Below the pieces are notes generated by a model. The model saw only the letters and a list, made by a program, of their open reading frames with translations. It made no database searches and was not told the DNA's origin. DNA of 29,340 nt, from positions 1 to 29,340 of the IMG/VR virus record IMGVR_UViG_3300033688_000038; one strand, written 5' to 3'. Origin of the DNA: a virus. Position 1 is the stretch's first letter, and each line of letters opens with the position of its first letter. Shown in pieces: positions 29,043 to 29,340 of this stretch. Both the position numbers and the translations under genes were made by a program.

Positions 29043-29340
29043 TGGCTTATAAGAAGAGATGGGTTGCTAAAAGAGAAGCAATCTTAAAAGGTACTGGTTA
29101 TGATAGTATCTTTGAAAAACGAATGCATGAAACAGTATTAAAAGATACTAGTTTTCATAATAAAGATGATAAAGTTAATTATACAATTAGCCACACTTAT
29201 GAACCAGATTTTGTCTACAAACGACCGATTAAGGAATCAAGTGATGAAACATGCGAGCAGGTTTTTCTTATTGAAACAAAAGGAAGATTCCGAGACTCAG
29301 CAGAAGCAAGAAAGTACTTATTCATCCGTGAAGTCTTACC
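29042..29340 (+). CDS. endonuclease I-like (T7 gp3-type PD-(D/E)XK) nuclease, 3' partial
   Basis: Manual translation MAYKKRW...YDSIFE...YTISHTYEPDF...IETKGRF; TAATG coupling; runs off the window end. Confidence 0.85.
   Translation, partial: MAYKKRWVAKREAILKGTGYDSIFEKRMHETVLKDTSFHNKDDKVNYTISHTYEPDFVYKRPIKESSDETCEQVFLIETKGRFRDSAEARKYLFIREVL

Noticed and set aside
1-29340. tRNA genes, CRISPR arrays, integrase/IS elements, stop-codon reassignment
   Set aside because: No cloverleaf, repeat-spacer array or transposase seen by eye; TAA, TAG and TGA all end conserved genes at the expected positions

Overview
A 29.3-kb segment of a large, AT-rich, probably lytic tailed-phage genome. The host is Gram-negative, likely gammaproteobacterial, inferred from an outer-membrane beta-barrel gene. 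All credible genes are on the + strand and tightly packed. Replication genes: a T7-type family A DNA polymerase that lacks the 3'-5' exonuclease domain and is split in motif C (H|DE) by a group I intron (7589-8217) carrying an HNH endonuclease, plus an SSB, 5'-3' exonuclease, ATP-dependent ligase and a truncated endonuclease I-like gene. Nucleotide-handling genes: dNK-type kinase, thymidine kinase, nucleoside deoxyribosyltransferase-like protein, PnuC, HAD, CYTH, macrodomain and metallophosphoesterase. The rest is dozens of small hypothetical ORFs. Two candidate systems stand out. (1) A phage ECF-type sigma factor together with three copies of a non-sigma70 promoter motif, GTGAGCTTTT-N11/12-TTGTATATA, one upstream of the SSB-sigma gene pair. 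(2) A possible outside-in nucleoside import and salvage chain: Tsx/OmpK-like outer-membrane channel, PnuC, and kinases/deoxyribosyltransferase. All family assignments come from motif recognition by eye, not database searches.
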